64,000 nt of DNA from Planctomycetia bacterium (GCA_026401035.1 JAPLNR010000068.1:17391-81390), one strand, 5' to 3'; counted from the stretch's first letter, positions 37,666 through 46,726 are shown. Translations and numbers: made by a program. The notes: generated from the letters alone by a model not told the origin.

Positions 37666-38658
37666 TCATTGACGAGGCGCACGCAAGAAACGTCGCCAGT
37701 CCCGCAGGCGAACCCCGAAACCAAGACGAAGCCTTCGCTTGCTTCGCTTCGCCACAGGCGGCCTCCAGACATTGAAACCCAATTCATCCGCCAGATAAGA
37801 CCGCAAAGGCTCACCCGCCTCACCAGACACACTGCGGAGTTTCTCTTCGCCGATACCCTGAACTGCTGCGTTGAAATACAGCGCGGCGTCTTGGCATTGA
37901 CGCGGCCAACGCTGCTGAATCCAACGGCTTGTATCGGTCATGATCTGATAGGCGCCGAGCGTCGCGAACGCATCTTGGTTCGAATCCTGTTCCGAGTGCC
38001 TTCTGATGATTGCCGTAGGTATCGTTGAGTAGGCCAGCCCGGCAGGATCTGCAAGCAACACCGGGGTCATTCGGTCGTTATCAAACGCATTACCACCGTC
38101 ACACATCGACAACGTCGCCGGCCGGAAGGAATTCGTCCGGGCAACCAGAGTCGAATAGTGAAATGAAGTTGCGAGCAGATTCGCGACGAGAACTTGGACA
38201 AAGTTGAGAAACAGCACCGGCGGTCGAAAATCTTTTCCAGCGGCGACCCACACCCGCCAAGCGTTTCTATGCAATTGGGGAGGGCACGTGTCAAACAGCT
38301 CAAGATAACTGGCAAAGAACGCCTGGCACTCCGCATGCGCATCCAAAGCCTGCAAAGCAACCTCCAGGTGGCAGGGCGTCCACCAGTCGTCGTCATGGAG
38401 AACCGCCGTGTAGGGATGCCGATCGATCATCGCCAGCGCGCGAGCGTGAGCCAGACCATCCACTTCCGGCTCCTGAAACAGGTACAGAATCGGCAAATCG
38501 GAAAACTCGCGACAGACCTTCTCCGACTCTCGTGAGCTTCCGTTCTCGCTGACGACAACCGTGCCGATGCGACCAACGGCTGATTGGGCCCTCACCGACT
38601 CCAACGCCACGCGAAGGTAGTCAGGGCGTCGCCTCGTGGGTATCAGAACCTGGATCAT
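37666..38658 (-). CDS. family-2 glycosyltransferase
   Basis: MIQVLIPTRRRPDYLRVALESVRAQS... is the GT2 N-terminus, and LHDDDWW is the DxD motif. GC is about 48-58% in the lines I counted, well below the flanks. Confidence 0.8.
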   Translation of the reverse strand: MIQVLIPTRRRPDYLRVALESVRAQSAVGRIGTVVVSENGSSRESEKVCREFSDLPILYLFQEPEVDGLAHARALAMIDRHPYTAVLHDDDWWTPCHLEVALQALDAHAECQAFFASYLELFDTCPPQLHRNAWRVWVAAGKDFRPPVLFLNFVQVLVANLLATSFHYSTLVARTNSFRPATLSMCDGGNAFDNDRMTPVLLADPAGLAYSTIPTAIIRRHSEQDSNQDAFATLGAYQIMTDTSRWIQQRWPRQCQDAALYFNAAVQGIGEEKLRSVSGEAGEPLRSYLADELGFNVWRPPVAKRSKRRLRLGFGVRLRDWRRFLRAPRQ

Positions 38659-39097
38659 CGCGGAATGACTCTGTGTTGAACCTTCTGGGAAAGACGATGC
38701 GGTTGTTTCACTGATCGGTGAACAGGCTGTCGCTGCGCAGGAGCATAGCGATTATCGCGCGATCGCCGTGAGACCAGAGAACGATTTGAATGCGCTGGCC
38801 AACAGGACAATCGGACAACATTTCACCGACGGGCCAAGGGGGTTTGGCCATTGCTCGAAACTCGGTAACTGGCGAATGGGACGTTCATGGACCAGACTGA
38901 CGCCGCGGGCAGAAAACGGGCCCCGACACGGATGGCCGTGCCCTTGCCTGCGGCGGCGATATCCGGCTCATTGCGTTCACCATCAACCCGGGGCCAATCC
39001 GGTTCAGGAGGGTCTGGGGGCTCGACGTGGGCTCATCCACGGCTCGTCACCCATACGACGGTTGCGGAAGTGCCGTTGACCGTCCTATCCTGCGGGC

Positions 39098-41029
39098 ATG
39101 CAACCGACGCAGATGGGCCCCTATGCATTCGGCGCGCGGCTCGGCCGTGGCGGCATGGGAGCCGTGTACGAGGCGACCGACACCGGCACCGGAACGACGG
39201 TGGCCGTGAAGGTGCTCTCGTCGCACCTCGCCGACGACAGCGGCCTGCGAAAGCGGTTCACCGCGGAGATTGACACCCTCAAGAGCCTGCGGCATCCCGG
39301 GATCGTGCAGCTGCTCGCGTTCGGCGAGGAGGACGGCCAGCCCTATTTCGCGATGGAACTGGTGCGTGGCCAGAGCCTCGAACAGATCCTGCGGTCGGGC
39401 AGACGGTTTACCTGGCGGGAGACCGTCGCTGCCGCGCTGGCGATCGCCCGGGCGCTCAAGGTGGCCCACGATCACGGCATCATCCACCGTGACCTGAAGC
39501 CAGCGAACCTGCTGATCGCCGTGCCTGATGCAGCCGCCGAGGGTGACGCCGCGGCCGTCGACACGCTCGACGACCAGGCCCTTGCCGCGGTCAAACTGGC
39601 CGACTTCGGCATCGCGAAGCTCTTCGGCGCGGCCGGGCACACGGCCCACGGCAGTATCGTCGGCACCGCCGAATACATGGCGCCGGAGCAGGCCGCGGGC
39701 AAGCCGGTCGATCATCGTGTCGATCTCTACGCGCTCGGGCTGGTGATGTTTGCGATGCTGGCAGGCCGGCCGCCATTCACAGGCAAGCAGGCACTTGAGG
39801 TGATCGAGAAGCAGCGGCGCGAGCCGCCGCGGCGCGTCTCCACCGTCGTCGCCGACGTGCCAGCCGAACTCGACGCGCTGATCGACAGGCTGCTCGCCAA
39901 AGAGCCGGCCGACCGGCCGGCCAACGCCCTGGCGCTGGGACGACTCTTAACGGCGATCGATACGCTGCATGCACCGACCAACAAACCAGACACCACCGCA
40001 CCGGCGCCAGCCGCCCACAGCAGCGTGACGGCCCACGAGCGGAGTCAACGGCCGACCGTGGCGACTCCGGACCCAGCGGCCGCGAGGCCCGACCAGTCGG
40101 TCGATCTATTGGCCGCCACGCGGGGCTTCACCGGCCGCCTGGCGGCTGAACCGACGCACCCGATGAGCCAGCGGGCCCCCCACGCCGGCACCGCGGTCTC
40201 CGCGGAGAGCCGGACCGCCGGCGCCGACACCATCGTCGATCGATCGACACGCAACCGATTCACCACCGTGGAGGAGCTCGACCGGGCGGCACGAACACAG
40301 GCCGACCGCGACCGCGCGGCGCAGCGTCGCTGGCAGATCGTGACCGCCTGCGCCACGCTGGCGGCGCTCGGCCTCGGTGGCTACTGGCTCATACAGCCTC
40401 CCACCGCCGACCAGCTCTACGACCGGATCAAAGCGATCGAAGTGGCGGCCGACGCCGATGCCAACGCGGCCGACCTTCGCGACGCCCGCCCCGCGATCGC
40501 GGCCTTTCTCACACGTCATGCCGACGACCCACGGGCCGCCGAGATCCAGGCACTCGACCGCACGCTCGACCTTGACGCCCTCGAAAAACGGGCCCGCCGC
40601 CGGGTGGTCGGCACCAGGGTGCTCTCGCCGATCGAGCGGGATTACCGCGCCGCACTCGACCGGGAGGCAGACAGCCCTTCGGCCTGCCGCGACGCGTTCG
40701 AGGCTCTACTAGCCCTGCACCCTACGACCGCCGACAAGAAACCGGTGGCGGACGAGGAGGCCCTCTGGCTCGCGCTTGTCCGTCGGCAGATCGAACGGCT
40801 CAGGCCGCTGGCGACCCGCGAACAGGCCGAGGACGGCCGGCGGCTCGCCACGATCCTCGCCGAGGCCGACACTCTCGCCGCCAAAGCCGCCGCCACGCCA
40901 AACCCGGGCCAAAAGGCGGAGCTCACGAAGAAACGCCGCACGCTTCTCGAAGGCCTGATCGAACTCTATTCTTCCCGGCCACATGCCGCCCCGGCAGTGG
41001 CAACAGCGAAACAGAAACTGGAACAGTAG
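39098..41029 (+). CDS. serine/threonine protein kinase (Hanks type) with long C-terminal region
   Basis: Kinase motifs present are GRGGMGAVYEA, VAVK, HRDLKPANLL, DFGIAK and GTAEYMAPE. A Pro/Ala-rich linker, one TM-like segment and a helical C-terminal domain follow. Confidence 0.93.
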   Translation: MQPTQMGPYAFGARLGRGGMGAVYEATDTGTGTTVAVKVLSSHLADDSGLRKRFTAEIDTLKSLRHPGIVQLLAFGEEDGQPYFAMELVRGQSLEQILRSGRRFTWRETVAAALAIARALKVAHDHGIIHRDLKPANLLIAVPDAAAEGDAAAVDTLDDQALAAVKLADFGIAKLFGAAGHTAHGSIVGTAEYMAPEQAAGKPVDHRVDLYALGLVMFAMLAGRPPFTGKQALEVIEKQRREPPRRVSTVVADVPAELDALIDRLLAKEPADRPANALALGRLLTAIDTLHAPTNKPDTTAPAPAAHSSVTAHERSQRPTVATPDPAAARPDQSVDLLAATRGFTGRLAAEPTHPMSQRAPHAGTAVSAESRTAGADTIVDRSTRNRFTTVEELDRAARTQADRDRAAQRRWQIVTACATLAALGLGGYWLIQPPTADQLYDRIKAIEVAADADANAADLRDARPAIAAFLTRHADDPRAAEIQALDRTLDLDALEKRARRRVVGTRVLSPIERDYRAALDREADSPSACRDAFEALLALHPTTADKKPVADEEALWLALVRRQIERLRPLATREQAEDGRRLATILAEADTLAAKAAATPNPGQKAELTKKRRTLLEGLIELYSSRPHAAPAVATAKQKLEQ

Positions 41030-41042
41030 GACTGCCCTCCTT

Positions 41043-42380
41043 ATGCATACCCCACACGCAGCAGTCCGCACCAAGAGCCACGAGGCCTTCGCCCGCGCGA
41101 AGACGCTGATCCCCGGCGGCGTCAACTCACCGGCCCGCGCCTTCGGCGGCGTCGGCGGCGAGCCGATCTTCTTCAAGAGCGCCCAGGGCCAGCACCTCAC
41201 CGACATCGACGGCAACACCTATCTCGACTACATCGGCTCGTGGGGGCCGATGATCCTCGGCCACCGGCACCCGCGGGTCGTCGCGGCGATCGAGCGGGCG
41301 CTCTCCACCGGCACGAGCTACGGCGCGCCTACCGAGGGGGAGAGCCACCTGGCGGAATTGATCATCGATGCGGTGCCGAGCATCGAGAAAGTGCGGATGG
41401 TGAGTTCGGGCACCGAGGCGGCGATGAGCGCCGTGCGGCTGGCCCGCGGGTTCACCGGCCGCGAAAAGATCGTCAAGTTTGCCGGCAACTACCACGGCCA
41501 CGTCGACAGCCTGCTCGTGGCCGCCGGCTCATCCGCGGCGACACTCGGCGTGCCGAATTCCCCCGGCATCACCGTCGGCACCGCGCAAGACACGATCGTG
41601 CTCGAATACAACCAGCCGCAGGAACTCGAGGACTTGTTTGCCAAGAGCGGCAGCACGATCGCCGCCGTACTGCTGGAGCCGGTCGTCGGCAACATGGGGC
41701 TTGTCGTGCCCACGCCGGACTTTCTCGCGGCCGCCCGCCGGCTGACGCAAACGCACGGCGCCCTGCTCGTCTTCGACGAGGTGATGACCGGCTTCCGGCT
41801 TTCACTCGGCGGCGCCCAGCAGATTCTTGGCGTCATGCCCGATCTCACAACGCTCGGCAAGATCGTCGGCGGCGGCCTGCCGCTGGGCGCCTACGGTGGC
41901 CGTGCCGACGTCATGAACCACATCCTGCCCGCCGGCAAGGTCTTTCAGGCCGGCACGCTCTCTGGCAATCCGCTCGCCGTCGCCGCCGGCACGGCCACGC
42001 TCGAGGAGCTGCGCGACAATCCTCCCTATGAACAACTCGAGCGGCACGGCGGGCGGCTCGAGGCCGGCTTCCGCGTAGCCGCCGAGCAGGCCGGCGTGCC
42101 AGTCTGGATCGCGCGGGTGGGCAGCATGATGACGATGTTTTTCCAGAAGGGGCCCGAGGTCGTACCCGTCACCGGCTGGAAGACGGCGAGCCTGTCCGAC
42201 ACCGCCCGCTACGGCCGCTTCTTCTGGAACATGATCAACCGCGGCGTGTATCTGCCCTGCAGCCAGTACGAGGCGCTCTTTTTCTCGAGCGCCCACACCG
42301 CCGCCGACATCGAAGCGACGATCAAGGCGGCCGAGGAATCGTTGAAGGAGAACAGGCTTCCGCCTGTCGCCGGCGATTAA
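41043..42380 (+). CDS. hemL: glutamate-1-semialdehyde 2,1-aminomutase
   Basis: LIPGGVNSPARAF...YGAPT...DEVMTGFR...LGKIVGGG contains the PLP lysine. The start is trimmed to MHTPHAAV (41043). Confidence 0.93.
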   Translation: MHTPHAAVRTKSHEAFARAKTLIPGGVNSPARAFGGVGGEPIFFKSAQGQHLTDIDGNTYLDYIGSWGPMILGHRHPRVVAAIERALSTGTSYGAPTEGESHLAELIIDAVPSIEKVRMVSSGTEAAMSAVRLARGFTGREKIVKFAGNYHGHVDSLLVAAGSSAATLGVPNSPGITVGTAQDTIVLEYNQPQELEDLFAKSGSTIAAVLLEPVVGNMGLVVPTPDFLAAARRLTQTHGALLVFDEVMTGFRLSLGGAQQILGVMPDLTTLGKIVGGGLPLGAYGGRADVMNHILPAGKVFQAGTLSGNPLAVAAGTATLEELRDNPPYEQLERHGGRLEAGFRVAAEQAGVPVWIARVGSMMTMFFQKGPEVVPVTGWKTASLSDTARYGRFFWNMINRGVYLPCSQYEALFFSSAHTAADIEATIKAAEESLKENRLPPVAGD

Positions 42381-42470
42381 CAGGCTGCAGCCAGTCCCAA
42401 TCCTGTTCAGCCCGGCGATTGCACTCCGAAAAGTAGGACAGGCTTCAGCCTGTCATGACCTGTCATGACC
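42351..42470 (+). repeat. array of REP-like units at and after the hemL 3' end
   Basis: AACAGGCTTCCGCCTGTC (42351-42368) lies inside the last hemL codons. AACAGGCTGCAGCCAGTCC follows at 42379-42397. The perfect AAGTAGGACAGGCTTCAGCCTGTC lies at 42431-42454. TGTCATGACC occurs twice in tandem at 42451-42470. Confidence 0.75.
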
Positions 42471-42624
42471 GCGCCTGTGCTGACACGCGGGCTTGATCGC
42501 CGGCGGTAAAATGCGATCGCTGTGTGATTCCTGCGGATTGAAGCCGCGGAAGTGTGCTCTCCGACCCACCTGCGGTGTGCTCCAGGAGGCTCGAGGGTGA
42601 TTGTGCATCGCCCGTGAGGCGGAA

Positions 42625-43121
42625 TTATTCGCGTCTCCTGCGCGTTCCCCCGACCGTCAGATGGAGAAGCAGACCAGCTCCCAAGATCTGTAGCAATATC
42701 TGCAGTGAGCTCCGCAGCGTCGGCTTGCGGCAGGTCCAGAGGCTGACAGCATGCAGGCGATGATTGCGCAGTATGTCTGGATCTCGATGCCGTGCTCGTC
42801 GTGGCTGAGCAGATGCCTGTAGCTCAGGATGTGCTTGAAGAATCAGAAAAAGATCTCGATCGTCCAGCGATGCTCGTACAGCACCGCGATCGTCTCCGCA
42901 GGCATATCCAGCAGGTTCGTGGCGACTGGGTTGAAGAGATACAGGAGAATCAGCGAACGGACTGTTCGCAGTGCAGTTGGCGATTGCCGGCCTTGTCGCG
43001 GACGCAGCCGTCGAGAGTGCAGTTGCTCCAAGAGCGGCAAGAGCTTCTTGAAATACTTGACTCCCATGATCTCGGGCTCACGGATCTTCTTGCGACGCTT
43101 GCCTGCCGTAGCGCACATCAT
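42625..43121 (-). pseudogene. internally deleted, frameshifted IS4-type DDE transposase remnant
   Basis: The minus strand gives MMCATAGKRRKKIREPEIMGVKYFKKLLPLLEQLHS... An alternative frame gives DGCVRDKAGNRQLHCEQ. The reading then jumps to ATNLLDMPAETIAVLYEHRWTIEIFF-stop-FFKHILSYRHLLSHDEHGIEIQTYCAIIACML. The YxxRWxIE motif is present but the catalytic core is missing. Confidence 0.75.
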
Positions 43122-43138
43122 GTGCCGAGCAGGAGGGT

Positions 43139-43162
43139 GACAGGCTGAAGCCTGTCCTACTT
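43139..43162 (-). repeat. REP-like element (consensus copy)
   Basis: The plus strand reads GACAGGCTGAAGCCTGTCCTACTT. It is identical to the copies at 19043, 43419 and 53089. Confidence 0.85.
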
Positions 43163-43224
43163 TTCGCGCCAGGCCCGGAGGGCCGGGTTTGCACCAGCAA
43201 CCGGAGGTTGCCAAGCAAATAACG

Positions 43225-43408
43225 GCAGGATGCCGTGGATTTGCGTGAAGCCACCCGTGAGGAGGCGGTCGGCTGAAGCTCGACGAGCGTCTGCATTTTC
43301 GACCTTCTGAGGTCGGCAGCTCCGCGGGTCGTCAGCGGAGAAAATGCAGCGCGAAGGAGACTTCTGCCGCCGGCGACCAATGCGGGTTGTTGGCACAGGC
43401 TGAGCAAA
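43225..43408 (-). repeat. transposase-derived repeat 'R', copy A
   Basis: About 90% identical to 52885-53088 apart from a 23-24-nt indel (my hand alignment). In both copies R abuts a REP on its high-coordinate side. Confidence 0.75.
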
Positions 43409-43442
43409 GACAGGTCATGACAGGCTGAAGCCTGTCCTACTT
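43409..43442 (-). repeat. extended REP (34 nt), perfect inverted partner of 42431-42464; overlaps the EEP gene stop
   Basis: GACAGGTCATGACAGGCTGAAGCCTGTCCTACTT is the exact reverse complement of 42431-42464. The CTA at 43437-43439 is the TAG stop of the EEP gene. Confidence 0.85.
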
Positions 43443-44147
43443 CAGATGAAAATCGACCACCAGCGGCAGGTGGTCGCTCGCCGTCTTTGCCAGGCTCGTC
43501 CGCACGACCCGCGCGTGCCGCACGTCGATCCCGCCGCGGACGAAGGCCTTGTCGAGCGATCCCATCGCCAGCCAGGCGGGAAACGTGCGAAACCGCACCA
43601 CCGGCGCCGTCACCTGTGCGAAGCCGTTCAACGCCAGGGCGGCGGGTGCCAGCGTGTCGCGCCAGTCGTTGAAGTCGCCGACGATGACGGTGGGATGCTG
43701 ATCGGCGGACCGAAACAGCATGTGGCCGAGGAGCCGCGTCATCTGCCAGTGCCGCTCCTGCTCAGCGAGCCCGAGATGCGTGTGCACGAGGTGCAGCCTG
43801 CCCTCCGGCGCATCGACCACGAGCAGCTGCGCGCCCCGCGGCTTCCGCGACTCCTGCCGCAGCGTGATCCGATGCCGGCTCTCGACCGGCCACCGCGAGA
43901 GCACGAGGTTGCCGTAGGAGCCGCCCCCCACTGGCACGTTGGCCTGAAAGACCGAGTGGCAGCGGAAGTAGCGGGAGAGCAGCCGCGGCTGGTCGTCGAA
44001 ATGACTCCGCCGCACGTGACGATCGACTTCCTGCAGGCAGATGATGTCGGGGTTTTCGGCCTCGATGCAGTCGATGACACGGGCGAGCGAATAGCGGCGG
44101 TCGCGACCGCCGATGCCCTTATGGATGTTCCAGCTGAGGAGCCGCAT
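43437..44147 (-). CDS. endonuclease/exonuclease/phosphatase (EEP) family protein
   Basis: MRLLSWNIHKGIGG...DIICLQEV...GDFNDW...SDHLPLVVDF are EEP catalytic motifs. The start is trimmed to 44147. Confidence 0.85.
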   Translation of the reverse strand: MRLLSWNIHKGIGGRDRRYSLARVIDCIEAENPDIICLQEVDRHVRRSHFDDQPRLLSRYFRCHSVFQANVPVGGGSYGNLVLSRWPVESRHRITLRQESRKPRGAQLLVVDAPEGRLHLVHTHLGLAEQERHWQMTRLLGHMLFRSADQHPTVIVGDFNDWRDTLAPAALALNGFAQVTAPVVRFRTFPAWLAMGSLDKAFVRGGIDVRHARVVRTSLAKTASDHLPLVVDFHLK

Positions 44148-44261
44148 GCTTAGCGATCCAGTTCGCCCTTGCGCCGCAGGAAATGAACGGGCTCCTTGCA
44201 AAACGCCTTATTCATCGTCGCCAATTGTACCGCGGGCCCTTGGGTATCGTAGTCTTTCGCC

Positions 44262-45167
44262 ATGCATGCCCACGAAGACATCCGGATCGGCACCCTGGTT
44301 CCCGCCCACGAGCGGACGGGCGACGTCATCGCCCAGTTGCTCGAGCACGGCTTCGAGACGTTTCAGATTGCGTTCGGGCGGACCGTGGGCGACTTCCCCG
44401 TGGAGCCGCTCGCCGCGGCTGTCGGCCGCGTGCTGCGGTCGACATCCGTGGCAGACGGCGACGTGCCGCCGCGGGTGAGCGCGATCGGGGTTTATGGCAA
44501 CCCTCTGACGAGCCCGGAAACGGTCCGCGACTGGGAGCGACTGATCGACGCGGCGCACCTGTTTGGCTGCGACATCGTTTCGGGATTCGCCGGCCGAATC
44601 CCGGGCCGGCCGGTGCCGGAATCGTTTGGCCGGTTCGGCGAGGTCTTTCGGCCGCTGGCCAAGCGGGCGGAAGACAAGGGCATCCGGCTCGCGTTTGAAA
44701 ATTGCGAGAAGCGGGGCACATGGGAGAGCGGCGACTGGAACATCGCCCATGCGCCGCAGGCCTGGGACGGGATGTTCGCGGAGGTGGAGAGCCCGGTGAT
44801 CGGCCTCGAATGGGAGCCGTGCCACCAGCTCGTCAGTTTCGTCGATCCGCTGCCGCAGTTGCGCCGCTACGCGCACCGCATCTGGCACATCCACGGCAAG
44901 GATGCGACCGTGCTCTGGGACGTGATCCGCACCCACGGCATCCGCGGCGGCGTGCAGTACGTGCACCATCGCACGCCCGGCTTCGGCGATACGAACTGGA
45001 CCGACCTCATCAGCACGCTGCGCCTCTGCGGCTGGCGGGGCAGCATCGACATCGAGGGCTTTCACGACCCGGTCTACCGCGACGCGCTCGAGACGACAGG
45101 CCAGGTGGCGGCGCTCGCCTACTTGAAACGCTGCCGCGGCGGCCGCTTCGTGCCGAACGTTTTTTAA
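44262..45167 (+). CDS. sugar phosphate isomerase/epimerase (xylose-isomerase-like TIM barrel)
   Basis: 301 aa with the AP_endonuc_2-type pattern (...IRLAFENC..., WHIHGKD, IDIEGFHD). The substrate cannot be inferred. Confidence 0.7.
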   Translation: MHAHEDIRIGTLVPAHERTGDVIAQLLEHGFETFQIAFGRTVGDFPVEPLAAAVGRVLRSTSVADGDVPPRVSAIGVYGNPLTSPETVRDWERLIDAAHLFGCDIVSGFAGRIPGRPVPESFGRFGEVFRPLAKRAEDKGIRLAFENCEKRGTWESGDWNIAHAPQAWDGMFAEVESPVIGLEWEPCHQLVSFVDPLPQLRRYAHRIWHIHGKDATVLWDVIRTHGIRGGVQYVHHRTPGFGDTNWTDLISTLRLCGWRGSIDIEGFHDPVYRDALETTGQVAALAYLKRCRGGRFVPNVF

Positions 45168-45192
45168 TCAACCGACAGACTGAAGAAGAGCT

Positions 45193-45216
45193 GCCAGGCT
45201 GAAGCCTGTCATACTT
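45193..45216 (-). repeat. REP-like variant 4 nt upstream of the cls start
   Basis: The plus strand reads GCCAGGCTGAAGCCTGTCATACTT. On the minus strand the head is GTAT instead of GTAG, and the stem is CAGGC/GCCTG. Confidence 0.6.
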
Positions 45217-45220
45217 TCCG

Positions 45221-46726
45221 ATGGAAATATTCATCTCGACAGCCTGGCGGTGGTGGCTCGTGCTCTGGCCGCACGTGCTCGCGACATCGATCCTGGCGAT
45301 CAACATCGCCGCCTCGGTGCATGCGATCCTGACGAAGCGGGACAACCGTTCGACGATCAGCTGGGTGGGCCTCATCTGGCTTTCGCCGGTGTTCGGCGCG
45401 ATCGCCTACGCCGTGCTCGGCGTCAACCGGATCCGCTCGCGGGCCAGCCGGCTGCGGGCGGGCACCCGGGCCATCGCCCACGAACTGCGGCATGCGGTGC
45501 CCGACGCCGACCGGCTCCGCGCGGCGATCGGCCCCGACCATGCGCCGCTCCGTTCGCTCGCGACGCTCGTCGGGCAGGTGACCGACCGGCCGCTCGCGGA
45601 TGGCAACACGATCGAGCCACTCGCTGGCGGCGACGAGGCCTATCCGCGGATGCTGGCCGCGATCGACGCCGCGAAGCGGAGCATCGGCATGGCGTCATAC
45701 ATCTTCGACAACGATCCGACGGGCCGGATCTTCGCCGAGGCGCTCGGCCGGGCGGTGAAGCGGGGCGTGGAGGTTCGCGTGCTCATCGACGGCATCGGCT
45801 CGAGCTACACGTTTCCATCGATCGTGGGCGTGCTCGCAGGGAAGGGCGTTCGCGCGGAGCGGTTTTTGCCGACGAGTGTGCCGGTCTATTTTCCGTACGC
45901 CAACCTGCGCAACCACCGCAAGATCATGATCGTCGACGGCTGCGCGGGCTTCACGGGCGGCCTCAACATCCGCGACGGCTGCTGGCTCGTGCACAAGCCC
46001 CGCCATCCGGTTCGCGACATGCACTTCGCGCTCCGCGGCCCGGTGGTCGCGCAGCTGCTGGAGGTGTTTGTCGAAGACTGGGAGTTTGTGACGGGCGAAT
46101 CGCTGGCAAACGACGCCGACGGCAATCCCGGCGCCGGCACGAGCCCGTGGACGCCCGACCTGGCGTTCGCCGGCACGGCCATCGCCCGCGGTGTTCGCTT
46201 CGGCCCCGACGACCCAGACATCGGCCGGATCAAGCTCGTGCTCGCGGGAGCCCTCGCCGCCGCCCAGAAGAACGTGCGAATCATGACCCCCTACTTTCTG
46301 CCCGATGACGCCATCTGCCAGGCGCTCGACGTGGCGGCAATGCGGGGCGTGCAGGTCGACATCGTGCTGCCCGACCACAACAACCTCGCGCTCGTCAGCT
46401 GGGCCTCGACCGCGATGCTCTGGCAGGTGCTCGGCCGTGGCTGCAACGTCTGGATGTCGCCGCCGCCGTTCGACCACACGAAACTGATGGTGGTGGACGG
46501 GTCGTGGGCGCTCTTTGGCAGCGGCAACTGGGACGACCGCAGCATGCGGCTCAACTTCGAGTTCAACGTCGAAACCTACGACCGTGATCTCGCCGCCCGG
46601 ATCGACGCCCACATCGCCGGCGTGATCGCCCGCTCGCGCCGCAAGACACTCGCCGAAGTCGACGGCCGCGGTCTGGCGATCCGCCTCCGCGACGGTGTCG
46701 CCCGCCTCTTCTCGCCCTACCTGTAG
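45221..46726 (+). CDS. cls: cardiolipin synthase (PLD superfamily)
   Basis: Two N-terminal TM helices are followed by two HKD motifs (HRKIMIVDG... and DHTKLMVVDGSWALFGSGNWD). Confidence 0.92.
   Translation: MEIFISTAWRWWLVLWPHVLATSILAINIAASVHAILTKRDNRSTISWVGLIWLSPVFGAIAYAVLGVNRIRSRASRLRAGTRAIAHELRHAVPDADRLRAAIGPDHAPLRSLATLVGQVTDRPLADGNTIEPLAGGDEAYPRMLAAIDAAKRSIGMASYIFDNDPTGRIFAEALGRAVKRGVEVRVLIDGIGSSYTFPSIVGVLAGKGVRAERFLPTSVPVYFPYANLRNHRKIMIVDGCAGFTGGLNIRDGCWLVHKPRHPVRDMHFALRGPVVAQLLEVFVEDWEFVTGESLANDADGNPGAGTSPWTPDLAFAGTAIARGVRFGPDDPDIGRIKLVLAGALAAAQKNVRIMTPYFLPDDAICQALDVAAMRGVQVDIVLPDHNNLALVSWASTAMLWQVLGRGCNVWMSPPPFDHTKLMVVDGSWALFGSGNWDDRSMRLNFEFNVETYDRDLAARIDAHIAGVIARSRRKTLAEVDGRGLAIRLRDGVARLFSPYL

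Noticed and set aside
37975-37995. A GGTTCGAATCC T-loop-like motif.
   Set aside because: It lies inside the GT2 coding sequence and the flanking bases do not form a T-stem or cloverleaf. It is a chance match.
38768-39273. Track ORFs 38768-39079(+) and 38887-39273(+) in the gap between the GT2 gene and the kinase.
   Set aside because: They have no RBS and no recognisable motifs, their composition is Arg/Pro-rich, and they overlap the kinase start region out of frame. The region is better read as non-coding debris of the insertion.
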